A stretch of DNA of 64,000 bases from the human T2T-CHM13v2.0 reference genome, Homo sapiens, in the NCBI RefSeq assembly GCF_009914755.1, contig NC_060926.1; one strand, written 5' to 3'. The position numbers and the translations under genes were made by a program. How positions within the stretch are numbered: position 1 is the first letter of the stretch; each line of letters opens with the position of its first letter. The notes beneath the pieces are model-generated. The model did no database searches. It was not told the DNA's origin and was given only the letters and a program-made list of their open reading frames with translations. Shown here piece by piece: positions 58,010-64,000 of the stretch.

Positions 58010-59240
58010 ATTTTACCTTAAATTTGAGATTTTATTTCAGTCAGGATCCAAGTATCGTTTTCCAGGGCCCACAAAGTAAACTTCATAAAGTGTATCACCC
58101 CTCTCCTCCCACCTCTCTGGTGTGAGGTATTATCATGTCTCCTGCACAGGCCTTCTACTTTATCTTCCTGCTTCTGCCCTTCCCTGTAGTCTACCCTAAA
58201 CACTGTGGCCGGAGTAGTTATTTTTAACATGCAAGTGAGACCATGGGATCTCTGCTCAGCATCCTCCGTTCCTCCCCAAATTCTCAAAAATCTCCCTAAA
58301 CCTTCTCAAACCTTCCCAAGAGTTTCCAAAGGTCTTCAAGGCCTTCCGCATCCTGCACACCTCTTTCTTCTCCCTCTGGCTTTTGTGTTATTTTTTTCCT
58401 CTCTCACACTGCTCCTGCCACTGTAGCCACTGCTTTCTCTAGAAGACACTAGGCACACTCCTGCCTCAAGGTATTTGCGCTGCCTATTCCTTCTGCTGAG
58501 AAAGCTCCTTACGCCAAACTCAGCATGGCTAACTTCTTCACCTCTTTTAGATATTTGCACAGGAGTCACCATCCCCAGGATGCTACCTTGAATACTTGAT
58601 TTAAAGTAGTGATAGAGCTTGGATGTTTTGTCCCCTATAAATCTTATATTCAAACGTAATCCCCAATGTTGGAATTGGACCTGGTGAGAGGTGTTTACAT
58701 CATGGTGGCCGATCCTTCATAAATGGCCTGGTGCCATTGTCACAGTAATAAGTTATTTCTCCCTCTATGAGTTCAGGTGGCATCTGGTTGTTTAAAAGAG
58801 CCTAGGACTTCCTCATCTCTCTCTTGCTCCGGTTGTCACCATGTAACCACCTGCACCCCCTTCACCTTCTACCATGATTGGAAGCTCCCTGAGGCCTCAC
58901 CAGAAACAGATGCCACCACCAGACTTCCTGCACAGCCTGCAGACCAGTGAGCCAAAATAAACACCTTCTCTTTGTAAATTACTCAGCCTCTGGTATATCT
59001 CTATAGCAATGCAAGAACTGACTAACAGAGAAGTCACTCAACCCGTATATTTAAATTTTGGGTCCTCCTACTCTGTTTCAACTGTCCTTGTGTATTCCTT
59101 TTTGCTGTCATTGTTGCTTTTTCCCCAGATATAATTTAAGAACCACAAGATTAGGAAGCTTTGATCTTTGTTACCTGACATTCCCAGCACCTAGAATACA
59201 ACCCAGCAAATATTAGTCACAGAAAATATTTGTTGAATCA
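58010..59240 (+). mobile_element. L2 fragment interrupted by MSTB
   Basis: CACACTCCTGCCTCAAGGTATTTGCGCTGCCTATTCCTTCTGC..; 3' end CCCAGCACCTAGAATAC..AAATATTTGTTGAAT. Confidence 0.7.
58610..59029 (+). mobile_element. MSTB-type MaLR solo LTR
   Basis: TGATAGAGCTTGGATG..TAATCCCCAATGTTGGA..CCTGAGGCCTCACCAGAAACAGATGCC..ATAGCAATGCAAGAACTGACTAACA. Confidence 0.85.
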
Positions 59241-60289
59241 AATTGCTGAATTTCTGATACTTTCCCCACTAGTCTGCTCCCCAACACTACATTCAATGTT
59301 TTACGAAGTACACAGCCTTACAGGTAATGAAAAAGAAATCTTTTTAATCCCTATTGCTATATTTTTAATAAATTACAACTTTCTGGTTGATGGCCACAAT
59401 AGTAGATAATGTAAGCAGAGTATTTAATTTTTTTTCCAAATGAGGAACAGAACAGTAAACTAATGTAAAATACTCACATTTTATATTACTACCTGCTCCA
59501 TTTCTTCTGATAAGGACCAGAGGTCAACAATATTTTTAAGTAGCAAAATCTATCATCAGTTGAGGCGAAGAAACTGGGCCTTTGTAAAACATGAATCAAA
59601 TAGAATGATATTGGCACAATTTGCCCTACCAAATATTTAACATTTCTATTAATACTAAAATATTGATATTTATTTGATTCTGAAAGAATTGTGACATTGA
59701 GTCATTTTGTCCCGCACAAAGAATCAGTCTTTCTTCATTGAAATCAATTGTCAGAGACTGACAGTTTTGGAACACTGGATGACAGACTGCTATACTTTTG
59801 CTTCCTCTTGGTATGTCAGTTTTATTTGCATATATAGCTGATTGCCTGATTTTCATTTAAATGCACATTGGAGATGTTGTCATTGGTATGATGTGCAGAA
59901 AATTAAAATCTTACACATTACTCATTTGGAGATCTAAAAATCTTGAAATAAATAATCCTTGAATGTCCAGGTGATGTGTTGCATGGCTGATTCCCCCTCC
60001 ATGTCACAGGTAGCTGAAAGAACATTTCACATTAAGAAGTATAAATCTTAGTTATTCTTCACCTATAAATCCTAGATTTTGCCTCCTGATAAAAAGTACC
60101 CCATCTTTACTCTTTAGAAAGCAGAGTGTCATTTTTTGTCTAATTCTGACTGGCAGTAGACTTGCAGCATGAAAAGTTGCTCTCCAAACCTCCTCAAACA
60201 AATAATAAGGCATTGTTGGAGTACAAGCTAGAGTTTGCCACGTCTTCCTTTGGTTATCAATTTAAGCATTAATCATACCTTACATGCAT

Positions 60290-60490
60290 TCTACTGCTTC
60301 AAAGGATTTCCCACTTCTTATCTTTATGTAACTGTGTAATAGTCCTGTTGAAAAAATGATGCATGTTATTCCCCAAATGTTACATAGAAAGAAACTAAAA
60401 CCCAAAATGGTCAGATGATTTCTGTAAGGTCAAACTTTGAGGTAATTGTATGTTAGAGAATAAACCTGGATGCCTTGATTTTCAGCCCTG
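60290..60490 (-). mobile_element. MIR fragment
   Basis: TTATTCCCCAAATGTTACATAGAAAGAAACTAAAACCC..GATTTCTGTAAGGTCA. Confidence 0.45.
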
Positions 60491-61157
60491 TATTTTTATG
60501 TAATCAGTATGTTGCACGGTATACATGCAGTTATCCCTATGATGAAACATAAATTAACTTAGAAATTCAAAACACTTGTTAATTCTCATCTCTTAAACAT
60601 CTCCACTATTACAGTTGTCCCCAGAAAGTCTTCAGGATGTGCTTACAAACACACCCATACTTACCTTGCATAGGAGCTCTTCTGCCAGGCCGTACCCCCT
60701 TGTCTCAGGTTCACTGAGTCAAACACCACCTCACATGTGTGTTCAGCTAATTCTTCTTCAAGAAATAATTATTTCACTGAGCCTGCTCTCTCTCAAAGCC
60801 CAACCAACATCCTGCTACTTCCTGTTGATCTTAAGGGAACATGATCTCTGCAGAAATGGGGAGAATGGCCTCTTCTCCATGAGATTCTTTCCCGATTCAT
60901 GGTAGTGGACTGGGAACAGAAGCTTCACTATCTTCCTCCTTTTCGCAGTCTCTATTTTCTCCTAATCAAAGCAGATGAAAAGATGCACAACATCACTAAT
61001 TATTGGGACAATGCAAGTTAACAGCACAATGAAATGTCTCCTCACATCCACCAGGGTATGTATTCTACCACATTTGGACTTTTGTACTGTGACTAGAAAG
61101 GCAACTTTTCTGTGCTTTGAAGATTCACAATATCTATATAATATTATTAAATATATA

Positions 61158-61596
61158 CAGTCGATCCTTGAGCAACATGGGAGTTAGCAGTGCCAATCTC
61201 TTATACAGTTGAAAATCCATATATAAGTTTTGACTTCCCAATAATTTAATAACTCATAGTATACTGTTGACTGGAGGAAGCCTTAACCTAAAAAGTCAAT
61301 TAACACTTATTTTTTATAATATATGTATTATATACTATCTTCTTACAATAAAGTAATCTCGAGAAAAGAAAACATTATTAAGAAAATCATAAGGAAGAGA
61401 AAATGTATGTATTATTCATTAAGCGGAAGTGGATCATCATAGAACTCATCATCCTCATCATCTTCACATTGAGTATGCTGAAGAGGAGGAGAAAAAAGAA
61501 GGGTTAGTCTTGGTGTCTCAGGAGTGGGAGAAACAGAAGGAAATCCAAGTATAAGTGGACCTAGGCAGCTCAGTGGGTTTGTTCAAGGGTCAACTG
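61158..61596. mobile_element. Tigger2a (MER28)-like TcMar DNA transposon
   Basis: TIRs CAGTCGATCCTTGAGCAAC / TTTGTTCAAGGGTCAACTG with TA on both sides (61156-57, 61597-98). Confidence 0.88.
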
Positions 61597-61599
61597 TAT

Positions 61600-63830
<2,231 letters not shown>

Positions 63831-64000
63831 AAGCATAACGTCTTCATCTTTATCTTTCCTGTCTTTTCAGCAGTATGTGATACAATTCGTAAGTTCCTTT
63901 CCCAGACTACAGGCTCTTCTGTGCTGTTTTCCCTGTGACCTCTTCATTCTGTGCAGCTTCCACTCAGGTCCTCCTCATTCACCTGACTTTTTTTTACCTG

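Overview
AT-rich, repeat-dense human genomic DNA (intergenic or deep intronic). A human-lineage AluYb9 and a young L1PA2-like insertion point to Homo. I find no credible protein-coding gene, RNA gene or CRISPR array: the ORF track is explained by L1 ORF2 remnants, Alu/LTR antisense frames, simple repeats or chance. Positions 1-9252 are an old minus-strand L1 (L1PA15/16-like, 5' end intact) with nested MSTA, L1PA2-like, AluJ and solo LTR12C insertions. The rest holds Alus, THE1A and THE1C proviruses, MSTB/MLT1/LTR16 LTRs, MER1A/MER5/Tigger2a DNA transposons, old L1M/L2/L3/MIR fragments and microsatellites. I see no evidence for a new biological system. The best observations are local: a near-consensus AluYb9 (possibly polymorphic), a 79-bp inverted LTR copy templated in cis inside THE1C, an LTR12C promoter with a G-tract expansion upstream of L1 ORF1, reuse of one Alu target site, a chimeric Alu junction, a twin-primed L1, and a few transcription-factor motif clusters in unique DNA. 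Subfamily calls come from remembered consensus sequences, not alignments, and boundaries of old repeats are approximate.
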